A DNA stretch of 64,000 nt, from assembly GCA_039818205.1 (NCBI GenBank), contig JBCBUK010000010.1, positions 94,940 through 158,939 on the forward strand. Reading direction: 5' to 3'. The position numbers and the translations under genes are program-made. Below the pieces are notes generated by a model that had not been told where the DNA came from, made no database searches, and saw only the letters and a list, made by a program, of their open reading frames with translations. This document shows positions 9,155 through 18,798 of this stretch, one piece after another (position 1 is the first letter of the stretch; each line of letters opens with the position of its first letter). This stretch comes from Verrucomicrobiota bacterium. GTDB taxonomy: Bacteria; Verrucomicrobiota; Verrucomicrobiia; Opitutales; Cerasicoccaceae.

Positions 9155-10489
9155 ATGGATTCAAATTCGGAAGTGCCGCAACGTAACGCATTGTTCGGTA
9201 AGCGTCTCTTGATTGTTGGTCGCGGTGATGAAGCATGGGGTGCGCGTCGGAACGACTATATTGTGCGGGCGAAAGAGCTCGGTGTTGAAGTAGTCATCTT
9301 GGGGAATGAGAGCTCACCGGCGGCATCAGGTATTGAGTCGGTGCTTGCAGTAGATACCGCGGATTATTCTGCCTGCCATCACGCTGTGCAGCGCTACTTG
9401 GGGCACGAGCGATTAGACGGGATTTTGACCTTTCTCGAAGAACGAACGGAAACGGCTGCACGATTGAATCGAGATTTCGGCTTCAACGGCCATAGTGTTT
9501 GGGGAACAGAAGCCTGTCGTAACAAAAATACGATGCGTACAATTCTCAAAGAGAAGGGACTGCCCGTTCCGCGTTTCGTGCATCTGAATAACAGAGAGGA
9601 GGCCAGGGAAGTGGCGAGTTGGTTTCCAACGCCGGCGTTCCTTAAGCCAGCTCATGGAAGTGGATCTGTGGCAACGCGGCGTGTCGAAGCTCCTGAGGAT
9701 ATCGTGGCGACCTTCGATGATGTTGTTCAGGAGATTGAAGAAAGAGTCGTACCCGAGTTTGTCTCTATCGTGCTAGAATCATACTCTGAGAGCCATGCAA
9801 ACCTCATTCTTGAGGAGTACCTTGCACCAGCAGAGAGACTCAACGAGGTGGGGCTTGGCCGAGTGGGCGTTGAGTTATTGGTTCAAGGGGGCAATATTGT
9901 TTTCTTTGCGATGGCAGATGGTCAGTGCTTTTCGCCAACGGACCACCGCTATGCGACACTCACTTTTCCCAGTCGTTTGAGTGAGAACGACGAAAGACAG
10001 TTTCGACGGCTTGCCGACGATATCGTTTCGGTTTTCGAGCTTTCGGATGGCCCGGTTATCCTTGATGCGGTGATGACAGATAGCGGTCCTCAACTGTACG
10101 AAATCAATGCCCGAATCGATGGTCCTGGCATATTGCCACTCGTCCAGACCTGCTACGGGGTCGATCTTGTAGAGGAGGCACTGAAAATAGCCGTTGGATT
10201 GCCAGTTACATTGAGTGCGTCAGAAACGGCGCGTGCATCTGCTCATTTGCATATGTTTCTCGCAGCGTCTCGATCAAGAATTTCAAAATTGGAGTTTCCA
10301 GATTCGCCCAGGATTGAGGGATGCTCTGCCAAGATGCTCAAGGAACTAGGAGAGATCGTCCAAGGCCCAGAGGCCAATTATGACACGATCGCGACGCTCA
10401 TGTTGACGGCATCCACACGCGATGAAGTGGATTCTCGCCTCGAGCAATTTCTTTCGCAGGTGACCATAGAGCTCGAGCAGCTAGATTAG
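9155..10489 (+). CDS. ATP-grasp ligase, L-amino-acid ligase-like
   Basis: CRNKNTMR, FLKPAHGSGS, ILEEYL, EINARIDG; starts 8 nt after the amidinotransferase stop (or overlaps it if TTG 9143 is used). Confidence 0.88.
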   Translation: MDSNSEVPQRNALFGKRLLIVGRGDEAWGARRNDYIVRAKELGVEVVILGNESSPAASGIESVLAVDTADYSACHHAVQRYLGHERLDGILTFLEERTETAARLNRDFGFNGHSVWGTEACRNKNTMRTILKEKGLPVPRFVHLNNREEAREVASWFPTPAFLKPAHGSGSVATRRVEAPEDIVATFDDVVQEIEERVVPEFVSIVLESYSESHANLILEEYLAPAERLNEVGLGRVGVELLVQGGNIVFFAMADGQCFSPTDHRYATLTFPSRLSENDERQFRRLADDIVSVFELSDGPVILDAVMTDSGPQLYEINARIDGPGILPLVQTCYGVDLVEEALKIAVGLPVTLSASETARASAHLHMFLAASRSRISKLEFPDSPRIEGCSAKMLKELGEIVQGPEANYDTIATLMLTASTRDEVDSRLEQFLSQVTIELEQLD

Positions 10490-10632
10490 CTATAACTGAT
10501 TGGTTAGCGTGGGCGGCGCAATTGATTGCTAGCAGAAGGCTTTGGCCTCGCGAGCCATCGGTTATCGCTTATCCATGGGGTTATTCGCTTTAATCCCCAC
10601 AAGGGTTGCGCTGCGTTGAGCTTATTGCGCGG

Positions 10633-11841
10633 CTATTTCTCAGCATCCACTTTGTCGGGCACTTGAGCGAATGATTCTGTCTGCTCAAGCTGGGTCAGTT
10701 TCACATCCGTTTTGCGCACTTTGGGGAATTCTTTGAGAGTGGTGAAGTTCTTGCGCTGTCTTTTGTGCACCCGGTTACTTTGGGCATACTGGACAATGAG
10801 CTGGCTCACTGATGCAAGAGCATTCAAATGCGTCCGTTCATAACCGTGAGAGGCATCGACGCCGAATGTGATTAGGGCCGTTCGAATATCATTACCGGCC
10901 TCCAATGCGGAAGCACTGTCACAACGATAATAGCGAAAAACGTCTCGCTGATGTGGGATCTTGTTCTGTTCACAAAGGTTCAGTAAATGATGGGTCAAGT
11001 GGTAATCAAATGGGCCGGATGAATCTGCCATGGCAACTGTCACGCCGCGCTCTTGAGAATTTTGCCCTGGAGCAACCGTTCCATTGTCCACTGAAACCAT
11101 CTCGGCGACATCGCCATGAAGAACGGCTGATGCGCCCGAGCCAACTTCTTCGGATATGGTGAAAAGCAGATGGCATTCAACGGGCAGTTCCACGTTATTA
11201 TCTTTTAAGTATTTTGCCGCGGCTAGTATCGACGCTACCCCTGCTTTATCATCTAGGTGGCGAGAACTAAGGTAACCGTTTTCCAGAAACTCGGCTTGAG
11301 AGTCAACGCCGACAAAATCTCCTACTTGTAACCCCAGCTCTTCCAGGTCGGCCTTCGAGTTAGCGTCTTCATCAACGCGCAGTTCAACGTTCTGCCAAGA
11401 GTTTGGCTGAGTATCAACCTGATCGTTATATGTATGGCCAGAGGCCTTTAGAGGCAGGATCGAACCACGGTAAACTGTTTCATCCGTATAGATCGAAACC
11501 CGCGCTCCCTCAGCAAAGCGAGAAGACCACGTGCCGACGGGAACCAGCTCCAAACGCCCGTTGTCCTTTAATTGCTTAACCATCGCGCCGAGCGTATCCA
11601 AGTGCGCAACGATCGCGCGGTCAGGACTATAGGCACGACCGGGCAGCGTAGCGCGAACCGCTCCACGACGCGTAAGCTCGTAGCGCAATCCCAATTGGTC
11701 CAGCTCGCTACAAAGCTCGCGTACAATTGGATCGGTATATCCACTTGGACTGTGGATTCCGAGTAAGCGGAGCAAGACCTGTTGCAGATACTCTTCGTCA
11801 ACTTTTGGCGGCTTGGGAACCGGGGATTTCTTCTTGGACAT
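10633..11841 (-). CDS. M42-family peptidase of the NAGGN osmoprotectant system
   Basis: SPSG, AHLDTLG, SRHLDDKAG, SEEVG, VSVD, ASHGYERTH metal-binding motifs; third gene of the asnO-ngg operon. Confidence 0.9.
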   Translation of the reverse strand: MSKKKSPVPKPPKVDEEYLQQVLLRLLGIHSPSGYTDPIVRELCSELDQLGLRYELTRRGAVRATLPGRAYSPDRAIVAHLDTLGAMVKQLKDNGRLELVPVGTWSSRFAEGARVSIYTDETVYRGSILPLKASGHTYNDQVDTQPNSWQNVELRVDEDANSKADLEELGLQVGDFVGVDSQAEFLENGYLSSRHLDDKAGVASILAAAKYLKDNNVELPVECHLLFTISEEVGSGASAVLHGDVAEMVSVDNGTVAPGQNSQERGVTVAMADSSGPFDYHLTHHLLNLCEQNKIPHQRDVFRYYRCDSASALEAGNDIRTALITFGVDASHGYERTHLNALASVSQLIVQYAQSNRVHKRQRKNFTTLKEFPKVRKTDVKLTQLEQTESFAQVPDKVDAEK

Positions 11842-11855
11842 AAAAATAATAAGAT

Positions 11856-13535
11856 CTACGAGCCGTTGCTCTCTAGTGGAGTCACCACGCTTTGGGGAAA
11901 AAGAAAATCAATAAACTTTTCGGCAGTTGGTTGAGGCTCGTGATTGGCTAAACCGGGACGTTCGTTGCCTTCGATGATGACGTATTCCGGTTGATCAGGA
12001 GAGCTCACGATGAGATCCAGCCCAACCACTGGAATATCCAAGACTTGAGCCGCGTTAAGTGATGCTTCAGCCAAGGTAGGGTGAAGAATATCAGTCACAT
12101 CATGAATGGTGCCTCCGGTGTGCAGGTTTGCTGTTTTCCTGACCGGAATGGCGGTTTCCTTTTCGAGAATATCATCCAGACTGTATCCCGCCATACGAAC
12201 GCAGCGCTCGGTTTCTTCATCCACCGGAATAACGCTCTCGCCTTCGGTCGCGGCGCTTCGTCGTCGGCTGACGCGCTCAATTAGCTCCAAAACGGTGTGC
12301 TCACCCGTCCCCACAACGCTTGCTGGGCGGCGAATTGCCGCCGCGACGATTTCCTGATTGATCACGATCACGCGGAGATCCTGCCCTTCGACGTATTGCT
12401 CCAACAGCACAGTGTCGTCAAACTCCTCGGCTTTTTTAATCGCCATGCTCAAAGTTTCTTCCAAGCGCACATCCACGGAGATGCCTTTTCCTTGTTCACC
12501 GAGCAGAGGTTTTACAACAACGCTTTTGTGCCGGTGCAAGAACTGGTAATCACGCCGCTTTTCACCAGCGACAATTTGATCCGGTGTTTTTAGACCGACC
12601 TCATTCAGTAGCTCGCGAGTATATTGTTTATCCTCGGCGCGCTTCAGCGCTAATGCTGAAGTCATATCGCTGAGAGATTCCCAGCAGGTTACGCTGCGCC
12701 CGCCCAAGCTCAAGCGGAAGTATCCTCGCGTGGGTGAAATGGGGTCAACCGCGATTCCACGCCTCAGCGCCTCATTAATAATGATCGACGCATAGGGGTT
12801 GTAACCTTCTGGTGCTGGCGTCCCCACGAACAAGCGTTCATTGATGCGATTTCTCCGTTTGGCAGCAAAGATGTAAACGCGTTCGAAACCAAGTTTCTCG
12901 TAAAGTCGACGCGCCTGTTCATTGTCGTGAATCACGGAGACGTCCATGACTTCGCGTCCGAGATCGCGATAATATTCAATCAGGTGTCGAACCAATGATT
13001 TACCGACGCCGGGCAGCTCAGCTTGCGGGTCCACGCCTAAGGCCCATAGACTGCATGTATTGGGCATTTGGTCACCACAGGCGTGATGGTCTGCACCCAT
13101 CGCTACCCCAAGAACCCTGTTAGATTCACTTTGAACCGCGATGAAATAAGTGAAGGCTTCCGCCTCCCGCTTCGCCCAAACATACTCGACATCGATGGGC
13201 ACCATATTCAGCGTCGTATAGATCCGATTTATCTCGTCCAGCTCTTCCTTGTGGGCGAGTTTACGGATTTCAAAACCTGAAGCGGGGTTGTCTAAGTCCT
13301 CGTAGTCGGTAAACTGAAGGCGATAGGTATTAGATGGATCGAGGAAAATTTGCTGAGGTTCACAATTGAGCACCAAGTGCGGGTCAACCAGGTATAAGGC
13401 AATATCCCGCTGATCGGAATTCTCAGCCAGTATGGCTTCCGCCACACTTTCTGGATTGGGAAAGGTGTCGGCGAACATCAGGCGTCCCCACCCACACTGC
13501 AGGGTGACGCCCGGATCTGTTTGTAGGACTTCCAT
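11856..13535 (-). CDS. ngg: N-acetylglutaminylglutamine synthetase (GNAT + ATP-grasp fusion)
   Basis: CGWGRL N-terminus, SLWALGVDPQAELPGVG GNAT motif, VVKPLLGEQGKG, TANLHTGG, IIEGNERPGLANHEPQPTAE; ATG 13535 chosen to avoid overlap with asnO. Confidence 0.92.
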   Translation of the reverse strand: MEVLQTDPGVTLQCGWGRLMFADTFPNPESVAEAILAENSDQRDIALYLVDPHLVLNCEPQQIFLDPSNTYRLQFTDYEDLDNPASGFEIRKLAHKEELDEINRIYTTLNMVPIDVEYVWAKREAEAFTYFIAVQSESNRVLGVAMGADHHACGDQMPNTCSLWALGVDPQAELPGVGKSLVRHLIEYYRDLGREVMDVSVIHDNEQARRLYEKLGFERVYIFAAKRRNRINERLFVGTPAPEGYNPYASIIINEALRRGIAVDPISPTRGYFRLSLGGRSVTCWESLSDMTSALALKRAEDKQYTRELLNEVGLKTPDQIVAGEKRRDYQFLHRHKSVVVKPLLGEQGKGISVDVRLEETLSMAIKKAEEFDDTVLLEQYVEGQDLRVIVINQEIVAAAIRRPASVVGTGEHTVLELIERVSRRRSAATEGESVIPVDEETERCVRMAGYSLDDILEKETAIPVRKTANLHTGGTIHDVTDILHPTLAEASLNAAQVLDIPVVGLDLIVSSPDQPEYVIIEGNERPGLANHEPQPTAEKFIDFLFPQSVVTPLESNGS

Positions 13536-13570
13536 TCTGATAGTTTTGAATTTAGCTAGATGGAACCATG

Positions 13571-15346
13571 TTATCCAATCCCATGTGTTTGCAGCCAAAG
13601 CTCCAACAGGGCCAGCTGCCAAAGTTTGGAGCCGCGAAGTGGCGTGATGTGCGCTTCCGGATCAGCCAACAACTTCTCGACGTAGGGCGCTTGGAACAAT
13701 CCTCGCTGGCGAGCAGTATCGTTGCATAAAGCTCCCCGTGCGAGCTCGAGAAAATCGCCGCGCAAATATTTTAGGGCAGGAACCGGGAAATAACCTTTCG
13801 GGCGATCAATGACCTCGGCGGGGATGATCTTGCGGGCGGCTTCCTTCAAGATGAATTTTCCATCACCTGGGATTTTCAATTCTGGTGGAACCTGCGCGGC
13901 AAATTCAACAACTTCATGATCCAGAAAAGGAACGCGCGCCTCCAGGCTGGCGGCCATCGTGTTGTTGTCGACACGCTTGACCGGATCATCCACCAGCATC
14001 ACAAGCGCATCCAAACGCATTGCTTGATCGATGGGCGCATCCGCGCCAGCACGCGCAAAGTGCTCTCGCACAAACTCTCTTGCGTAGTCTTGCTTCACCC
14101 AAGACGCATTCATGACCTCGCCATACTCCACAAAGTCGCGATCAAAGAAGGCGGTGGCGTAGTCTTCCAAGGCGTTGGTGCTTGTCATCATCGGCGGATA
14201 CCAATGATAGCCGCCAAATATTTCATCGGCACCTTGCCCGCTCTGAACAACTTTCACGTGCTTGGCGACCTCTTGGGAAAGCAAATAGAACCCAACATTG
14301 TCGTGGCTGACCATGGGTTCGGACATCTGCCCGATGCAATCTCTCAGCGCTGGCAAGGCGCGTTGCGAATCGATGTGCAACTTGTGATGCTTCGTCTTGA
14401 AGCGCTCAACAATGACATCCGAGTATTTGAATTCATCGCCTGCTTCGTCGCCCACGGTTTCGAAGCCGATGGAAAAGGTCTCCACCTGCTGCTGATCGTG
14501 TTCGGCGAGCAGTCCGACGATTAAGCTGGAGTCCAGGCCGCCAGAAAGCAGGACTCCCACGGGAACGTCCGCTACCAATCGGCGTTTAACTGCGCGGCGC
14601 ATGACATCTAATGTCGCATCTTCCCATTCCGCTTGCTTCCAATCGCGTTGTTCATCGCTGGGGCCATACTGCAAATCCCAATAGGAATTCACGTCCATCT
14701 CCCCATTCGGTTTGATCACCGCGACAGTCGCCGGGGGCAATTTTTTAATGCCCTGCAGGATCGTCCGTTCCGGCGGAATGACCGAATGGAACGTCATGTA
14801 GTAATTCAGCGCAATTGGATCAAGGGAGGTATCACAGTCGCCGCCGGCCAACAGGGCCGGTAAAGTCGATGCGAATCGGAAGCTCGCTGAATTCTTTGTA
14901 AAATAAAGAGGTTTAATGCCAACTCGATCACGCCCAATGATCAATCGACCGGAATCACGCTCATGAATTGCAAAGGCAAACATGCCGTTGAGCCGCTGAA
15001 CGCAGTCCGTTCCCCAGGCATGATAGGCTTTCAGGATGACCTCAGTGTCGCCGTGGCTGAAGAAACGATATCCTTTTGATTCAAGTTCCTCACGCAGTTC
15101 CTGATAATTGTAAATAGCGCCGTTGTATACGATGCTCAGGCCAAGTTCGGCGTCTACCATCGGCTGCTGTGCAGCTTCACTGAGATCAATGATCCTCAGG
15201 CGCCGATGACCTAATGCCACTGCTCCACGAACGATGAGCCCATCACCGTCAGGCCCGCGGGGCGTCATTACGTCCATCATTTTGGCGACACGCGCCGGGT
15301 CGGGCGCTTGCGCATCAAATCGCATTTCTCCACTGATTCCACACAT
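13571..15346 (-). CDS. asnO: N-acetylglutaminylglutamine amidotransferase (asparagine-synthetase-like class II GATase)
   Basis: N-terminal MCGI, RGPD, LGHRRL, YNGAIYN, LLSGGLDSS, QSGQGADE, LVDDPVKRVDN; context with ngg and M42. Confidence 0.92.
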   Translation of the reverse strand: MCGISGEMRFDAQAPDPARVAKMMDVMTPRGPDGDGLIVRGAVALGHRRLRIIDLSEAAQQPMVDAELGLSIVYNGAIYNYQELREELESKGYRFFSHGDTEVILKAYHAWGTDCVQRLNGMFAFAIHERDSGRLIIGRDRVGIKPLYFTKNSASFRFASTLPALLAGGDCDTSLDPIALNYYMTFHSVIPPERTILQGIKKLPPATVAVIKPNGEMDVNSYWDLQYGPSDEQRDWKQAEWEDATLDVMRRAVKRRLVADVPVGVLLSGGLDSSLIVGLLAEHDQQQVETFSIGFETVGDEAGDEFKYSDVIVERFKTKHHKLHIDSQRALPALRDCIGQMSEPMVSHDNVGFYLLSQEVAKHVKVVQSGQGADEIFGGYHWYPPMMTSTNALEDYATAFFDRDFVEYGEVMNASWVKQDYAREFVREHFARAGADAPIDQAMRLDALVMLVDDPVKRVDNNTMAASLEARVPFLDHEVVEFAAQVPPELKIPGDGKFILKEAARKIIPAEVIDRPKGYFPVPALKYLRGDFLELARGALCNDTARQRGLFQAPYVEKLLADPEAHITPLRGSKLWQLALLELWLQTHGIG

Positions 15347-15507
15347 AATTTGGTAGAGCCGCCGGATATCCAGAGTGGTTCACTGTCGGCGCAAACTAGT
15401 TTCCAGAAATCGAAATCGGTGTCAAAGGATTACCCTGAAAGTTATATTCCATCGGCCTTTCCGGGTATTCCCTTGCCATCGAAGACCAACACAAGCTATC
15501 AACCAGC

Positions 15508-17304
15508 ATGGCTTCCACCGAGCGACAGCTGACCACTCGCGCCATCATCACCGGCTTTTTGTTGGGATCATTGCTGGCGCCCTGCAATATCTACACTGGG
15601 CTGAAAATTGGATTTTCCTTCAATATGTCCATCGCCGCAGCGCTGCTGAGCTATGCTTGGTGGAACGGTCTTCATCGCTTTGGGAAAGCAACTCATTGGG
15701 GTCTGCTAGAGAATAATATCAATCAAACCACCGCATCGTCCGCGGCCTCAATTCTTTCGGCTGGCCTGGTCGCGCCGATTCCGGCACTGGCTCTAATTAG
15801 CGGCGATACCCTGAGCTATCCGGTATTGGTTGCCTGGGTATTTGTGGTCAGTTTCGCGGGTATCATCTGTGCACTAGCCGTCAGAAGACAGATGCTGGAT
15901 CGCGAAGCTTTGCCGTTTCCCAATGGAGTCGCGACAGCAGAAACGATCAGCGAGATCTATGCCCGCGGCAAAGAGGCAGCGTATCGCATTAAGCTTCTGC
16001 TTGGCGCCGGAATTCTCTCTGCGGGCGTTAAGTTTTATGGCTCATTCATCTCGGCAATACCGGCTTTGGGTCTGCCGAAAAGTTTTGGCTTTAAGGCTCC
16101 ACCAAACGTAGCCGCGCAAGGGGTGGACCATGTTAGTTGGCGAGTTCTCGGCATTGAGTTACAACCGTCACTGCTGCTCTTCGGTTTCGGCGCCATTGTG
16201 GGACCGCGGGTTGGTGTCTCACTACTACTCGGAACAATTTTTGCGTGGATGATTTTGCCTCCGGAGCTGCTCGCCCGTCAGTGGGCGCATCCAGCCCTGG
16301 ATGGTACCACCTGGTATGAAACGATGCTTGAGTGGTTGCTCTGGCCTGGTGTGAGTCTAATGGTTGCCGCCGCACTCACCTCGTTTGCCATTTCAATCAT
16401 TGGTCTGATCCTTGCGAAAGCGAAGCGTGATCAAGCATCCGCAGAATCCGAAGGAGACTATCGCCTAGGAGGAAAATTTCACTTCCCTCGCACGTGGTTC
16501 GTCGTCGGAGCACTCATCGCATTTCTGCTAGGAGTAATCGCACAGAAATTAATCTTTAATATCCCGATTTGGCTCGGAACCATTGCGGTGGCATTGTCAT
16601 TTCTGTTGGCAATTGTGGCTGGCCGCGTATCCGGTGAAACGGGCATTCCTCCCATTGGCGCGCTAGGCAAGATTACGCAGGTAACTTTCGGATTTCTTGC
16701 GCCTGCCAATACAACGATCAATTTAATGAGCGCCAATGTCACTGGCGGCGCCGCGGGCCAATGCTCCGACCTTTTGCACGACCTGAAAACCGGAAAACTC
16801 ATCGGCGCCAATCTTCAGGCTCAAGTGATCGCCCAGGTCTTCGGCATTCTCGCGGGCTCGCTAGCGGGAAGTGCAGCTTACCTGATTTTGATCCCAGACC
16901 CACAGTCGATGTTGCTGACGCCGGAGTGGCCCGCGCCGGCCGTCGCGACCTGGAAAGCAGTCGCGGAAGTGCTTGCGCAGGGAATAGATACCATTCCAGA
17001 TGGTTGTGAAACTGCGGTAATAGTAGCAATATTCGTGGGAATATTCCTGGCCGCATTGGAAGCATTGTTGCCCGCCAAGCATCGAAAATGGGTTCCGAGC
17101 GCGTCGAGCCTTGGCTTTGCATTTATCATCCCGCCATTCATCAGTCTCGCCATGTTTGTTGGTTCGATGGTTCGCGTAACCGCAGAATTAATCAACAAAA
17201 GCTGGAGCGCGAAATATCTGATCGTCATCGCCGCTGGCTTAGTCGCCGGAGAAAGTTTGGCCGGAGTATTTGAAGCGATGATTCAATTTCTGAGCCCGAA
17301 GTAA
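15508..17304 (+). CDS. OPT-family oligopeptide transporter
   Basis: QLTTRAII, NIYTGLKIG, LLENNINQTTAS, LPFPNGVATAE, DLLHDLKTG, AAGLVAGESL motifs; highly hydrophobic. Confidence 0.9.
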   Translation: MASTERQLTTRAIITGFLLGSLLAPCNIYTGLKIGFSFNMSIAAALLSYAWWNGLHRFGKATHWGLLENNINQTTASSAASILSAGLVAPIPALALISGDTLSYPVLVAWVFVVSFAGIICALAVRRQMLDREALPFPNGVATAETISEIYARGKEAAYRIKLLLGAGILSAGVKFYGSFISAIPALGLPKSFGFKAPPNVAAQGVDHVSWRVLGIELQPSLLLFGFGAIVGPRVGVSLLLGTIFAWMILPPELLARQWAHPALDGTTWYETMLEWLLWPGVSLMVAAALTSFAISIIGLILAKAKRDQASAESEGDYRLGGKFHFPRTWFVVGALIAFLLGVIAQKLIFNIPIWLGTIAVALSFLLAIVAGRVSGETGIPPIGALGKITQVTFGFLAPANTTINLMSANVTGGAAGQCSDLLHDLKTGKLIGANLQAQVIAQVFGILAGSLAGSAAYLILIPDPQSMLLTPEWPAPAVATWKAVAEVLAQGIDTIPDGCETAVIVAIFVGIFLAALEALLPAKHRKWVPSASSLGFAFIIPPFISLAMFVGSMVRVTAELINKSWSAKYLIVIAAGLVAGESLAGVFEAMIQFLSPK

Positions 17305-17382
17305 CCGAGTGGGCGACAACGATTCAATACGAACCGAAAACCGCGACGAAACATTGGCAGGATTCAATGCATTGAAATGCAT

Positions 17383-18363
17383 TTAGATCAAGAATTGCTT
17401 TTTGATAAATGGAGAGGTCATCGCTGACAGAAGGCCACTGTAACTAAGATTGAACCGGACTTCATCACCAACCTGCAAGTTGTTGTAGCTCTCAACAATG
17501 AGGTGGTCGCTGCTTGCACCCAGTATTGACATCCGCTTATTCGCCTCTAGGCCGGATATTGAAACATCCTGCCTTCCCAAAGCAATGATTGCCCTTCGAC
17601 AATATCCTCTATCTTGGATAGCAGACATATTTCCGAAAGCGTCTTGGGATCGTTTGCCTATTGGGATGGAGGGCTTTATTTTCGATTCAACAACTTCAGC
17701 AACGAGCTGAAAAGCCTGAGTATATAGGCCAGCGATCGGTGTTCTAGCCACCGTCTCGCAGCCTAGCAGAATAGCCTCCCCTAACCGAAGATTGTTAATT
17801 CTTCCGATGTCGTCGGCAGACTGATACCACTGATAATTGGCCGAATTTCCCCCTGAAACATAATTTAGACTAAGTTGAAAATCGTTTTCAGCTGATCGGC
17901 ATAATTCAGAGAGTTTTCGCATGTTGCAGTTATCTGGCTCAATACCTCCGTAACAGGCTAGATTGCACCCAATACCTACGATTTCTAAATGAGAAAAGCA
18001 CAGTGCTTTTTTGATGAACTGCGGAAGGTCGCAAGGGAGAACGCCTTCACGCAGATCACCCAATTCAACCATAATTATGACTTTATGTATCTTGGATATT
18101 TTTTGGGCATGGGTAGATAGTTCATTGAGCGTCTCCATCTCTGTATTCAAACTGATGTCCGCACTTTCAACAATGGCCTGAGCGCGACTCAAGGGGGTTC
18201 GGAGCAATACGAAATTGGCAATAATTCCAGCCTCTTTCATCCTCTCAATATTCTCAATGCGAGAGTCGGCAATCGTCTGAATGCCAGCTTCAATCATTGC
18301 TTTAGCAATCAGAGGTTCTCCAAGCACGGCCTTGGATACGCCCATTAATGAAATCCCAAGCTC
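17383..18363 (-). pseudogene. Alanine/ornithine racemase-family PLP enzyme lacking its native N-terminal ~25 residues
   Basis: GVSK (PLP Lys), ADSRIENI, MVELGDLREG, SGGNS, NLRLGEAILLG, GRQD, GASSDH. Sequence upstream of ELGISL is unrelated (antisense of the integrase remnant); the gene is visibly AT-richer than its flanks. Confidence 0.7.
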
Positions 18364-18699
18364 ACGGCCATGATCTACACCGACGTCACTCAGCTGCCGA
18401 CCTTCGATGCGGTGGCGTCTGTTCCGTGGCACGAAGAAGTTGATCAGGGCGGGAATTTCGGGGAATCATCCTCACCAACCGCCTCACTTTTGCCAGAATT
18501 TCGAGGTCTTTCGCTGTCACAAAATGACATAAATTACGAGCAAATAGCTATCCCGGAAAGCGTTGTTGTTCAATTGCTTAGTCCCTATTTGACGCAGCCT
18601 GACCGGGCGGGTCAAATGGTGCTCAGGGCGGGAGTCGAACCCGCACACCTCTCGGCACTGCCGCCTGAAGACAGCGTGTCTGCCAATTCCACCACCTGA
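18355..18699 (+). mobile_element. C-terminal remnant of a tyrosine recombinase/integrase running into the tRNA-Leu attachment site
   Basis: PKLTAMIYTDVTQLPTFDAVASVPW resembles the ...LT..xY(T)D catalytic-Tyr segment of tyrosine integrases; the frame stays open into the antisense of the tRNA 3' end. Confidence 0.6.
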
Positions 18700-18701
18700 G
18701 C
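18617..18701 (-). tRNA. tRNA-Leu (anticodon CAG), CCA encoded
   Basis: Minus strand GCTCAGG TGGTGGAATTGGCAGACAC GCTGTC TT CAG GC GGCAG, long variable arm, GCGGGTTCGACTCCCGC CCTGAGC ACCA. Confidence 0.97.
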
Positions 18702-18798
18702 AGTTTTGGGGAACGTGTTATAAAGAATTTCGACGATCCTTTTGTCAAGTGCACTTTAGGCGCAGTTTTAAACTCCGTTTGAGCGATTTAGTGACTGA

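Noticed and set aside
10490..10632. RiPP precursor peptide for the ATP-grasp ligase
   Set aside because: No convincing short ORF here or in 7901-8066, and the ligase looks like the amino-acid-ligase type rather than a graspetide synthetase
13536..13622. N-terminal extension of ngg from the ORF track
   Set aside because: It overlaps the asnO 3' end; family-like sequence starts near MEVLQTDPG
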